Assembly (NCBI GenBank): GCA_019058315.1 | Contig: JAHPZH010000001.1 | Location: 1,073,432 to 1,137,431 of the forward strand | Length of the DNA stretch: 64,000 nt | Direction: 5' to 3' | From: Candidatus Helarchaeota archaeon | GTDB lineage: Archaea > Asgardarchaeota > Lokiarchaeia > Helarchaeales > RDOG01 | In this document: in pieces, positions 28,949-38,445 of the stretch | Layout: each line of letters begins with the position of its first letter | How positions within the stretch are numbered: position 1 is the first letter of the stretch | The notes under the pieces: model-generated | Databases searched by the model: none | Told to the model about the DNA's origin: nothing | The model's input: the letters and a program-made list of their open reading frames with translations, nothing else | Program-made: the position numbers and the translations under genes

Positions 28949-29740
28949 TTAACCTAATTTTTCAGATACTAATAAGGATTTCTCTAGTAAACTCTTCAGA
29001 TCTTCTGTCTTTGTTGCAACTGTTTCGATTTTTTCAATTTTTATTGGTTTTCCAGCTAATGTATCTTCGATTAATGTTTCTACTTTTTCTCTAAACTCAT
29101 CCACCAATTCATTTTCATCGATTTTTTTATCTGCCAGAGATTCTATTAATTTTAATCCGAGATCTATTTCGTCCTTGCTTAATTTTTCTTCTTTAAGTTC
29201 TGGAACTTGTACAATTTCATCTGGATAATAAAGGTTTATTAGGTTCAAAACATTTTTAAAAGGCTTAATAATACCCAAATGGGTCTTGTTCCTAACAGTA
29301 TACTTTACCAGTGCGCACCTACCGCTTTTTTCTAATGTTTCTCTAAACAATGTAAATGTTTTGGTATATTTTCCATCCGGGACCAAGTAATATTGACTAT
29401 CAAATCCTCTAGAATCAATATCTTCGATTTTTTTATATCCAAGAATTTCGATATTTTCTGTATTTAAATCTTCAATGTTTTTAAGGATTTCTTTATCAAA
29501 AACCAACATTTCATCTGCTACTTGATATCCCTTTTTAAATTCTTTATACTCATACTCTCTATTACAATCTGGGCAAAAATACTTATTTTTAATAGCATGT
29601 CCTTCTGAACAAACCCTTTTAAAACTTATAGATTTACTTCTTCTTAAGGTAACTGCCTTTACGGGTATATTTACCAATCCAAATTGCAAATTCACCGTAA
29701 ATAGTGCTTTAGCACCTTTAGTTTTAGCTTTTTTCGGCAT
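28949..29740 (-). CDS. ku: Ku protein (prokaryotic-type DNA end-binding)
   Basis: LQFGLVNIPVK, ISF, CPDC, KGYQV, YYLVPD, LYYPDEI, DL..LLEKSL; GGAGG RBS. Confidence 0.93.
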   Translation of the reverse strand: MPKKAKTKGAKALFTVNLQFGLVNIPVKAVTLRRSKSISFKRVCSEGHAIKNKYFCPDCNREYEYKEFKKGYQVADEMLVFDKEILKNIEDLNTENIEILGYKKIEDIDSRGFDSQYYLVPDGKYTKTFTLFRETLEKSGRCALVKYTVRNKTHLGIIKPFKNVLNLINLYYPDEIVQVPELKEEKLSKDEIDLGLKLIESLADKKIDENELVDEFREKVETLIEDTLAGKPIKIEKIETVATKTEDLKSLLEKSLLVSEKLG

Positions 29741-29858
29741 TTGTTTTCCTCCATTAAAAATTGATTTGAAAATTAAACATTATTAAGAGTTTTTACATGT
29801 TATTATAAAATTCTATCTTTAATTCTTATTTATTATTTATTTTTTTTAATATGAATTA

Positions 29859-30923
29859 CTATTTTTTGGCTTCTATGACTCTTTTACCAATTTTACAAAT
29901 TCTTTTTGCAATGTCTGATATTTTAGTTTCACTTAATGACTTTAACTTAGTTTTAAAAATGTCATTTATAGGTTCTTTCCACTTTTTAGGAATCCTTGAT
30001 TCACCAATAGATGTCCCTATAATAGCTCCTATGTTACCACAATTACAATCGGTATCGTAGCCACACATTCCAGCTATACAGATCGATTTACCCAAATCTC
30101 CATTTCCATAAAGTAGGGCAAGAATAATTATACCTATATTTGGCAAAACATGAACTCCATGAAGATTTTTATCTTGTAACATATTGAGCCGTTTGGGATC
30201 TTTAGCTTGTTTTATTAATTCATCTCTTGTTTCTTTCCAATATTTAATAATTTTCTCCCTTGCATCTCGCCAATTATCGTGTTGATTGTTTAATCTTATT
30301 GCTTTATCAATAAAACCAAAATATAAACTATTTTTAGGGATTGTTTTAATGGCAGCATCTATTAGTTTTTTTGGATCAGTCTCGTAAAATGCGGCAGAAA
30401 CGATTCTTGATATAAAAATTTCTCCAAGTATACCCTCTCCATTATGAGAAATTTCTGCATCCATCCTTCCATATTTTTCAGCAATATCTAGTTGCCCAGG
30501 AGCTATTAGTCCCCATATTTCACCTCTCATTTGTGCACCAATAAAATCTGAAAAAATGTTATTTTGAGCTCCAGAATCAGGTGGAAAGATCCCATTTTTT
30601 AAATTTTTAAAAGCCACATCCTCAGCGGTATACATATTTGTATATAATTCTTTTAACCACATTTCAGCAATATTTTTTGAGTTTAAACCAATTCCATATT
30701 TCTCGAGAGCCATCAAACCGACTATTTCAAACATTTCGTCATCATTAATAACACCCTTTCGATAAATTTTTACAAAATTATTAATTTCCCCATATTTTTT
30801 TTGAATAAATTTATAAGGGCGCATTTCTAGAGGCATTCCAAGGTAACTGCCTATACATTTACCATAAAATCCCCCATAAACTTTGTCATAATATATAGAA
30901 TCATCTAGTGGTTTTAAATTCAT
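29859..30923 (-). CDS. ADP-ribosylglycohydrolase family protein
   Basis: G..LGMPLE, NDD, GAQMR, SH, GYDTDCN. Confidence 0.85.
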   Translation of the reverse strand: MNLKPLDDSIYYDKVYGGFYGKCIGSYLGMPLEMRPYKFIQKKYGEINNFVKIYRKGVINDDEMFEIVGLMALEKYGIGLNSKNIAEMWLKELYTNMYTAEDVAFKNLKNGIFPPDSGAQNNIFSDFIGAQMRGEIWGLIAPGQLDIAEKYGRMDAEISHNGEGILGEIFISRIVSAAFYETDPKKLIDAAIKTIPKNSLYFGFIDKAIRLNNQHDNWRDAREKIIKYWKETRDELIKQAKDPKRLNMLQDKNLHGVHVLPNIGIIILALLYGNGDLGKSICIAGMCGYDTDCNCGNIGAIIGTSIGESRIPKKWKEPINDIFKTKLKSLSETKISDIAKRICKIGKRVIEAKK

Positions 30924-30970
30924 GATAAAAAATCCTAAAGTTATTAAAAAATAATTAAAAAAATAAAAAA

Positions 30971-31636
30971 TTAGAGATTTTGTGAGGTATTTGCTTCCTC
31001 ATCAGCAACCTCAGTTAGAAGTGCTATATATGTTTTGTTTGCTGCTGACATTTTCGCTAATACACCTTTAAACATAGGACTGAATTCGGAATTAAATTCT
31101 GCCCAGATTTCATCAAAACGATTTTTAGATCCTTTTAATTTATCTTCAGCAACTTTATATTGAGATTCCTTTCCAGATAACTCTGTTTCTTTTTTTGGTA
31201 TCTTTTCGGTCTGGCCTTTTTCTTGCATTTTAGCTATATCTTTTTTTAAATCATTTACTTTATTTTTTAACTTTCTAGTTTCTTTTGCAAATGAATTTAA
31301 CTCTTTAATAGCATCATTTAATATTTCAGATTTCTCAACAATCTGTTTTAAAACCAGAACAACATTATTAGTTAAACTAGTAACTAGGGATTTTTGTCCA
31401 TCGATTAAAGTTTCATATTTTTGTGCAAGACCATAAGCAGGAGATTGTGTTTCATCTTCAGATGTTTTTTCTGCATAATCTTTTAATTTTTTAGCAATCT
31501 TCTTTAAGTGTTTCTCATATTTGCCATGGATATCGACTATTTCCTCATATTCGTTTTCTAAATCTTTAAAAATCTTGTGCATTTCATTTTCTACGTCTGC
31601 ACCTTTCTCAATCAACTCATCAAGATCGATTATCAA
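30971..31636 (-). CDS. BAR-domain-like helical protein (SNX/Vps5-like pattern)
   Basis: 221 aa of long amphipathic helices with few prolines and a lysine-rich hairpin tip. Confidence 0.6.
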   Translation of the reverse strand: MIIDLDELIEKGADVENEMHKIFKDLENEYEEIVDIHGKYEKHLKKIAKKLKDYAEKTSEDETQSPAYGLAQKYETLIDGQKSLVTSLTNNVVLVLKQIVEKSEILNDAIKELNSFAKETRKLKNKVNDLKKDIAKMQEKGQTEKIPKKETELSGKESQYKVAEDKLKGSKNRFDEIWAEFNSEFSPMFKGVLAKMSAANKTYIALLTEVADEEANTSQNL

Positions 31637-31796
31637 AATTTTTCACCTTTTTTATAATTATTTTTAAAATTATTTATTTTCTTATTTATGAATTTCTTAA
31701 TTTAATACCTCTAATATTTCGGTGAAAATTATTAAAGATAATGTTTTAATATTAACTTTCAATTTAGTGAACAAATTTTAGTGTTGGTTTGAATTT

Positions 31797-33041
31797 ATGG
31801 TCTGGAAAAGTAATATTACGACTGAAGAAGCTAATGAAATCATTTACATAATGTCGGAAAATTTTAGAAAGGGACTAATGGGCAGATCTGTTGTTGAATC
31901 TCAGCTGTTTCCAGTTAATAATTATATTTGTATTGCATGTCATCAATTATATGACCAAACATTTGCATATAATATTCTAAAAAAAATTGTTGATAATGGC
32001 TGTGATCCTCGAGAAATTGGTCCTAAAAATAAGACTTTATGTGCTTATTTAAATGGTCTAGCTTTTCAATCTTTGGCAATGCTTTATTTACAAGGTCGAG
32101 GACAAAAAATTTATGATTGGGGAGATAATCCCGAAAAGGAGCCTGAAGAAAAGAAAGAGGAAACTAAATTTGTGCTGGATTTTTTTAGACATTTAAATCC
32201 TAATTATAGAAATGATCATTTGCTTTTGGTTGATCAAAGTGAAGACAATAATATGCGTATTTTGGATGAAAATATAATTGAAAAACTGAGAGGGGATATG
32301 TTCGAAATAAATAAGGATCAAATTAAAAAATTTAAAAGAATATTAGCAAATATAACAACTCATAATTTTCTAGACAAATGTGAGTGTAGAGCAGGAATCT
32401 TTGAACACGGACCATATAAGTTGGATAGTGGAGAAATGCTATTATTTAAAGATTTCCAATTTTTTTATACTGGAAAGGAAATATACAAGGGTCTAAAGAC
32501 TGGATTTCCATGGTCAGAGACCGAAGCAAAATCACCAATACCAAATCTGTCAATTGGTTATATTCTAAAAGACATGAAGAAATTAGAATTTAATGATTGG
32601 GGCACTTTATTTGCAGATCCTCCTGATTTTTCAAATAATATTATAAAAATTGGATTGTGGCAACGTGAATTAATTCTTCCAACCGAACAAGAATATCCAA
32701 ATAAATTGGGTAAAATTGAACCTGTTCCTTGGGAAACTTATGAACAAGTTGGGAAATTTTCACAAGAAGCTTTAAATGAACTATATATTAAAATGGCAGA
32801 TTGGGATTACAATAAACGTTGTCTATCAGGAACTTATCTTTATGCAAATGCCGTATTAACTCTGCTTTCAGCATATGCAGAAATACAAGATGAGATAGAT
32901 TGGGAAACTCCAAAAAAAACAGAATCATATATCCCAATTTTTAAGAAATATATTGGTGGTGCACATCCATTTATGATGAGATTTTTTAGGTCAAAGAAAA
33001 GAAGAAAGCAAGATCCCAGTTACTATTATATAGTAGAATAA
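31797..33041 (+). CDS. Hypothetical protein
   Basis: 414-aa globular-looking ORF (CECRAG..EHGPY); function not recognised. Confidence 0.75.
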   Translation: MVWKSNITTEEANEIIYIMSENFRKGLMGRSVVESQLFPVNNYICIACHQLYDQTFAYNILKKIVDNGCDPREIGPKNKTLCAYLNGLAFQSLAMLYLQGRGQKIYDWGDNPEKEPEEKKEETKFVLDFFRHLNPNYRNDHLLLVDQSEDNNMRILDENIIEKLRGDMFEINKDQIKKFKRILANITTHNFLDKCECRAGIFEHGPYKLDSGEMLLFKDFQFFYTGKEIYKGLKTGFPWSETEAKSPIPNLSIGYILKDMKKLEFNDWGTLFADPPDFSNNIIKIGLWQRELILPTEQEYPNKLGKIEPVPWETYEQVGKFSQEALNELYIKMADWDYNKRCLSGTYLYANAVLTLLSAYAEIQDEIDWETPKKTESYIPIFKKYIGGAHPFMMRFFRSKKRRKQDPSYYYIVE

Positions 33042-33212
33042 ATTCAAGAGAAAAATTTAAAACGAATAAAACCAACGACTGAGATTTTTTTATTTATTTT
33101 TTCAACTGTCTTTTAAAGAGAAAAAATTTTAAGAATTTCCAATTTTAGTAATTTTAATTTACTACAAGGATTTCTCTTTTTTGAGGGATAATTTAAAATA
33201 GAAAAATCAGGT

Positions 33213-35024
33213 ATGAAAAAATTGAGTCTAATTGATAAAAAAGAGTATAGAAAGAGGATAAGAGAATTTTATAAAAAATTTGGTAATGAAATAGCTAAAG
33301 TTCAGAAATTGCCTCTTGAGAATAAAATTTCTTGGGGATCTCTCTTAGAAAAAAATGCAATTGAATACGGAGATCGTCCAGCCATATTATTTGAAGATTC
33401 AGAGTTAACATATAAACAATTTAATAAAATTGTAAATCAATATGCTAATTATTTTATTTCTTTAGGGTTAGAAAAAGGGGATGTTGTTGAAATTTTAATG
33501 AAAAACAGAACAGAATTATTAATTATTTATACCGCTGTTGCTAAAATTGGAGCTATTTCATCGATGATCAATAATGAGTTGAGAAAAAAAACATTAGCTT
33601 ATTGTTTAAACCTTACTCCAGGTAAATTTGTTATAATAGGTGAAGAATGTTACGATAAATTCAATAAAGTTAAATCACTTCTCAACCCATTAGAAGAACA
33701 AAAACTATTCTTTGTTCGTGATCAAGGATTAATGGATATTCCAGATGGTCTTGAGGATCTTACAGAAAATATTAAAGAAAGTTTAGTTGAAAATCCAGCA
33801 ACCACGGTTAATGTGAAAACAAGGGATCCTATTGCCTATATATTTACGTCAGGCACAACAGGTTTACCTAAAGCAGCAATTCAATTGCATCAAGGTATGG
33901 CGGTCTATGGTATTTATTATGGGGTTTTTGCAGCACAATTTACACCTAATGATATTATATATGTTTCTCTTCCTCTTTTTCATGGTACTGCTTTAGCACT
34001 TGGTTGGGCACCGATCATGGCTATGGGAGGGGCAATAGCTATGAGCCGAAAATTTAGTGTTTCTCGGTTCTGGAAAGATATTCGCAAATTCAAAGCATCT
34101 GCTTTTGTATATATTGGAGAAGTATGTCGTTATTTAATGAATCAAGAACCTCATCCAGATGACTCAAATAATACTGTAAAAACAATTATAGGGGTTGGAC
34201 TTCGCCCAGAAATATGGAAAGATTTTAAGAAACGATTTGACATCACGAGAGTTGTAGAAAGTTATGGGGCTTCAGAATCTAATGCGGGATTTATCAATTT
34301 GCTAAATTTTGATTGTACTGTAGGTTTCACTGCTGCTCAATATGCTGTTGTTAAATATGATATTGAAGCTAATGAACCGATTAGAGATGAAAATGGATAT
34401 TTTAAGAGAGTAGGTGTTGGTGGAACTGGTTTACTTTTAATCAAGAGTTATGGGGCATATAAATTTGTAGGATATACTGATAAAAAAGCAAGTGAAAAGA
34501 AACTATTTCGTAATGTTTTTTTTGAAGGGGATGAATGGTTCAATACGGGTGATTTAATGAGAGAATTGGGGTATAGTCACCTCCAATTTGTAGATAGGCT
34601 AGGAGATACATTCCGTTGGAAAGGTCATAATGTATCCACAACCGAAGTAGAAGAGGTGCTAAATACTCATGAAGATGTTTTATTTTCTTGTGTTTATGGA
34701 GTCCAGATACCATTTACGGATGGTCGTGCAGGTATGGCAGCTATAGTGCCAAAAACCAGTGTTGATGCATTTGATTTTAAAAAACTTTTAGAGAATTTCA
34801 GGGAAAACCTTGCATCTTATGCGATTCCCATTTTTCTTAGGTTCAAATCGGAAATAGCAGTTACTGCAACTTTTAAATTTAAAAAACTTAAACTCAAAGA
34901 AGAAGAATTTGATATTGATAAAACTGATGATATCTTTTATGTATTATTACCTGGTGAATCAGAATATACTCTATTAACAAGAGAAATTTATGATAATATT
35001 TTAAACCGCAAATATAAATACTAA
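33213..35024 (+). CDS. FATP/FadD6-like long-chain acyl-CoA synthetase
   Basis: FTSGTTGLPK, YGASE, FNTGD, DRLGDTFRWKGHNVST, DGRAGMAA. Confidence 0.92.
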   Translation: MKKLSLIDKKEYRKRIREFYKKFGNEIAKVQKLPLENKISWGSLLEKNAIEYGDRPAILFEDSELTYKQFNKIVNQYANYFISLGLEKGDVVEILMKNRTELLIIYTAVAKIGAISSMINNELRKKTLAYCLNLTPGKFVIIGEECYDKFNKVKSLLNPLEEQKLFFVRDQGLMDIPDGLEDLTENIKESLVENPATTVNVKTRDPIAYIFTSGTTGLPKAAIQLHQGMAVYGIYYGVFAAQFTPNDIIYVSLPLFHGTALALGWAPIMAMGGAIAMSRKFSVSRFWKDIRKFKASAFVYIGEVCRYLMNQEPHPDDSNNTVKTIIGVGLRPEIWKDFKKRFDITRVVESYGASESNAGFINLLNFDCTVGFTAAQYAVVKYDIEANEPIRDENGYFKRVGVGGTGLLLIKSYGAYKFVGYTDKKASEKKLFRNVFFEGDEWFNTGDLMRELGYSHLQFVDRLGDTFRWKGHNVSTTEVEEVLNTHEDVLFSCVYGVQIPFTDGRAGMAAIVPKTSVDAFDFKKLLENFRENLASYAIPIFLRFKSEIAVTATFKFKKLKLKEEEFDIDKTDDIFYVLLPGESEYTLLTREIYDNILNRKYKY

Positions 35025-35053
35025 TAAATTTTTTTCCAAATTCCGAATTTATT

Positions 35054-35764
35054 TTAAGTTCCACGTAATTCTTCATTAATTTCTTTTAGAAAGATTATAC
35101 TAAGAGGAATCATCCAGCCAAGTAGTATATAAAACGTTAACCATTCATGAAATGGTTGAAATCCAAAGCTAAATAATATAATTATCATTACTATTGGAGT
35201 AATAAACATATACAAACCCAATATCTTGGGAATTTTTTCAGAATAGAAAAAAATTACTAAACCATAAAAAAAGCTAGCAAATGCAAATCCATTAAAAACA
35301 GCAACTGTAAAAACCCAATGCAAATCCAAAGATGTTGTTCGATCCTCAGAAAATAATCCAACTCCAAACATTCCAATCAAGCCTATAACCATAAAAATAA
35401 AACCTATAATGCATAATATATTGCCTAATCTCAAATTCTTACTTGATATATTCTTTGAATCTTCTTTATTTTGAGTGAGCGGATTTAATCGTTTTTTTAA
35501 ATAAAATGAACTTGGTATTAGAAAAAATGATGTTAACATACAGCCAAAATCTAAAATAAAAGGCATTGGAGTATAATTAAATGAACCCATATCACTTATA
35601 TAATTAGTAAATAATGAATAAGAACCAGGTCCTTGTAGAGTTCCTCCATAAATAAAAGCTACGATATAGCCAACACAGATCGCTCCAGCATATATAATAA
35701 CTCCAATTATCGTAGAATATTTAACAACTTTTAGCTTTGTTAAAAATTGGTAAATTTGACTCAT
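35054..35764 (-). CDS. DUF998 / Frag1-DRAM-like membrane protein
   Basis: NYISDMG, GVGLF..D..LH, EW; five to six TM segments. Confidence 0.65.
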   Translation of the reverse strand: MSQIYQFLTKLKVVKYSTIIGVIIYAGAICVGYIVAFIYGGTLQGPGSYSLFTNYISDMGSFNYTPMPFILDFGCMLTSFFLIPSSFYLKKRLNPLTQNKEDSKNISSKNLRLGNILCIIGFIFMVIGLIGMFGVGLFSEDRTTSLDLHWVFTVAVFNGFAFASFFYGLVIFFYSEKIPKILGLYMFITPIVMIIILFSFGFQPFHEWLTFYILLGWMIPLSIIFLKEINEELRGT

Positions 35765-35966
35765 ATTTATCCCATTTTTATTTGAATCTAATGATTTTGA
35801 TTCCGTAGTTAATAAACAACATGAACGATTAAAATATTTATAAATTTTATGAATAAGCTAACCAAGAACCAGATATTGTAAAGAATGCTACAAAGGATTG
35901 AGAGATAATTTGTTAGAATTAAGAATTTCTTTAAATAATAAGCTTTATTAAATAGTTTTAAATGGT

Positions 35967-37394
35967 TTGATTGTTATGGAAAAAAAATCAACTGAAATTA
36001 AACTTACTAAAAAAGAAATCTTTGGCTTCTCGACAGGAATAATTCCCGGTTCATTAATATCGATAACGTATACCCTTTGCTATATTGAATTCTTTCAAAT
36101 CGAGTTAGGATTACAAGCTAGTTATTTTATTCTTGGTATGATAATTTACTTATTCGTAAATGCTTTTAATGATCCTCTTCTTGGTCAACTTAGTGATAGG
36201 ACAAATAGGGAAAAATGGGGAAGCCGGCGAAAAGTATATCTTAAATATGGTACACCAATTTTGGCCTTGGCATTTATCTCGATATGGATTCCATGGAGCT
36301 ATACTAATCAACTAATAATTTTTCTTCATTTCGTAATTAGCATTTGTTGCTATGAGACGATGATGACGCTAATCTTGATGTGTTGGGCAGTATTATTACC
36401 AGAAATGACCCAAAATATTGATGAACGAAATAAAGTAAATTTTGTTTGTTTAATATTTGGATTTTTTTCTTCAATACCAGTTATGATAATGCCAATTTTG
36501 TTACGGAGCGGCAGTAAAGAAACTGGTTATCTACCATTTCAGATCACTACTGGAATTTTTGCACTAATTACACTCGTTTGTTATGCGATCGTTATTAAAA
36601 CTTGTGATGAACGACCCGAATTTCAAAAAGATGCAAGTTTTCCTCTCACCAAGTCTGTGAAAGAAAGTCTGAAGCATAAATCCTTCCTTATGCATGTAGG
36701 GTTTAACTTCTGCCAATCTCTAAATGGTTCTATGGGGATTCCTTTTCTCTTTGTGTATGTACTAGTTCTTGGTAATGATTTTGTTATGGTTACTATTTAT
36801 TTTTATCTTATTTTTATTCTGGTTGGGTATATTTCGAGTCTATTTTGCTTGAATTATAGAAAAAAATGGGGTATGCGTAAATTGGTATTACGATTTGGAA
36901 TATTAAGAATTCTCGGAAGCATATTGATATTTTTCTTAATATTAAATCCAACAACCGAACCATTAATTTGGTTGGGTTTCATTTGGACTACTTTTTTTGG
37001 TGGAGCAGTTACAATATTCTTGAGCTCATTCTTATATTTAGTCATGGATGAGGATGAAGTAAAACACGGTTCCCGAAGGGAAGGAATGTTTTTTGGAATG
37101 AATGCTTTATTTACAAAACCAGCAGAAAGTATTGGGCCGATTTTTGCAACATTATTTTTAATTTATATTGGATATAATGGAAGTTTTCAGAATTTTCCAT
37201 TTCCGATACCTCAAATGTCATCAACCTTATTGGGGATAAAAATATTATTTCTTATAATTCCAGCTATAATTAATATAATTGGACTTATTTTCATGTATTT
37301 TTATCCTTTACATGACGATTATTTAGAATATATCCAAACCGAATTAAATGAAATACATCGTCAAAAAAAGGAAAAAATTAAGGATTTGTATTAA
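35967..37394 (+). CDS. MFS transporter, GPH (MelB-like) family
   Basis: NAFNDPLLGQLSDRT...WGSRR, PEMT...ER, RREGMFFG. Confidence 0.9.
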   Translation: MIVMEKKSTEIKLTKKEIFGFSTGIIPGSLISITYTLCYIEFFQIELGLQASYFILGMIIYLFVNAFNDPLLGQLSDRTNREKWGSRRKVYLKYGTPILALAFISIWIPWSYTNQLIIFLHFVISICCYETMMTLILMCWAVLLPEMTQNIDERNKVNFVCLIFGFFSSIPVMIMPILLRSGSKETGYLPFQITTGIFALITLVCYAIVIKTCDERPEFQKDASFPLTKSVKESLKHKSFLMHVGFNFCQSLNGSMGIPFLFVYVLVLGNDFVMVTIYFYLIFILVGYISSLFCLNYRKKWGMRKLVLRFGILRILGSILIFFLILNPTTEPLIWLGFIWTTFFGGAVTIFLSSFLYLVMDEDEVKHGSRREGMFFGMNALFTKPAESIGPIFATLFLIYIGYNGSFQNFPFPIPQMSSTLLGIKILFLIIPAIINIIGLIFMYFYPLHDDYLEYIQTELNEIHRQKKEKIKDLY

Positions 37395-37597
37395 AACAAT
37401 TTTTTAATGCCACTTACAACCTTTTTTTAACACTTTCATTTTTAATTTCAATGAACCCCAGTGTTTTTTAATATAATTTTGATTGAATTAATTAAAAGGG
37501 AGTTAAGGTTTACACGCAAGGAATTAGCGAAATATCGAAAGAATTAAACCTTTAAAATCTTCTTTGCTTTTGTAAGTATTCTGATAATTATTGGAAA

Positions 37598-38341
37598 TTA
37601 TTTTTTAAAAGTAAATTTATTTGAAAATTTATTAAGGTGGACAAAATCCTCTAGCTTTCGCCGGTACGGTGTTCCATATTTGCCAAATTTTCCTTCATAT
37701 CCCAGTCGGAATAAGAATAATATGCGATAATCCTTAGGTATGTTTAAAATTTCATGCAATTTCCTAATTGACTCAACCATCATGGTTTGACTACTGATTA
37801 AGTGTACAGAGATTCCTAAATTATTAGCTGCAAGCCAAATGTTTTGCATAACTGCTCCAACGCCTAATATTCCCCAGAGATTTTTCAATGGACCAATTCC
37901 GGGAAGTTTTGGATCAAAAATAACGATTAACATTATGGCTGTGGCTTGCATTACAATCGAGAATAAACCCATTGTTTTTTTCCAGAACTCATCATCATCA
38001 ATTAATTCAGGTTTATCTTTCAAATCATGCACGAATTTCGGAACTACATCCACTTGAACACCAACTCCTTTCGATTCCAGCTCCTTTTTTGAACGCGTCC
38101 AAAAAATATGGCCATCTACTTCTTCTTTACTTAATCGAATTTCAACTTCAGAGATTTGTTTAATAATATTCCTATCTTTCACTACGATTATCTCGAATGG
38201 TTGTCTATTATGAGGGGTCGGAGCATACTGAGCTGCCTCCAGAATCTTTTTCAAATCTTCATCAGAAATTCTCCTTTTTGAAAATACCCAGCGGGAACTT
38301 CTCCTAAACTTCACTAACTCTTGAAAATCCATTGAAAACAC
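37598..38341 (-). CDS. Nitroreductase family protein
   Basis: RRSSR, APTPHNRQP, QNIWLAA..LG. Confidence 0.88.
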   Translation of the reverse strand: MFSMDFQELVKFRRSSRWVFSKRRISDEDLKKILEAAQYAPTPHNRQPFEIIVVKDRNIIKQISEVEIRLSKEEVDGHIFWTRSKKELESKGVGVQVDVVPKFVHDLKDKPELIDDDEFWKKTMGLFSIVMQATAIMLIVIFDPKLPGIGPLKNLWGILGVGAVMQNIWLAANNLGISVHLISSQTMMVESIRKLHEILNIPKDYRILFLFRLGYEGKFGKYGTPYRRKLEDFVHLNKFSNKFTFKK

Positions 38342-38445
38342 AAAACCTTTAGGTTAAGTAATTAGTTTGATTTAACTTTTTTAAAGATAATTTCTAAAAT
38401 TATTTATCCAAATAGATCTTGATAAAGGATTGATATAAAAAATTT

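Noticed and set aside
25771-30923. Prophage or mobile-element origin of the Ku-ligase block
   Set aside because: No integrase, transposase, structural gene or flanking repeat is visible; ancient transfer cannot be excluded.
37479-37547. 22-codon ORF containing FTRKELAKY, like a cytochrome b5 N-terminus
   Set aside because: Too short, with no further b5 motifs; chance or an unprovable remnant.
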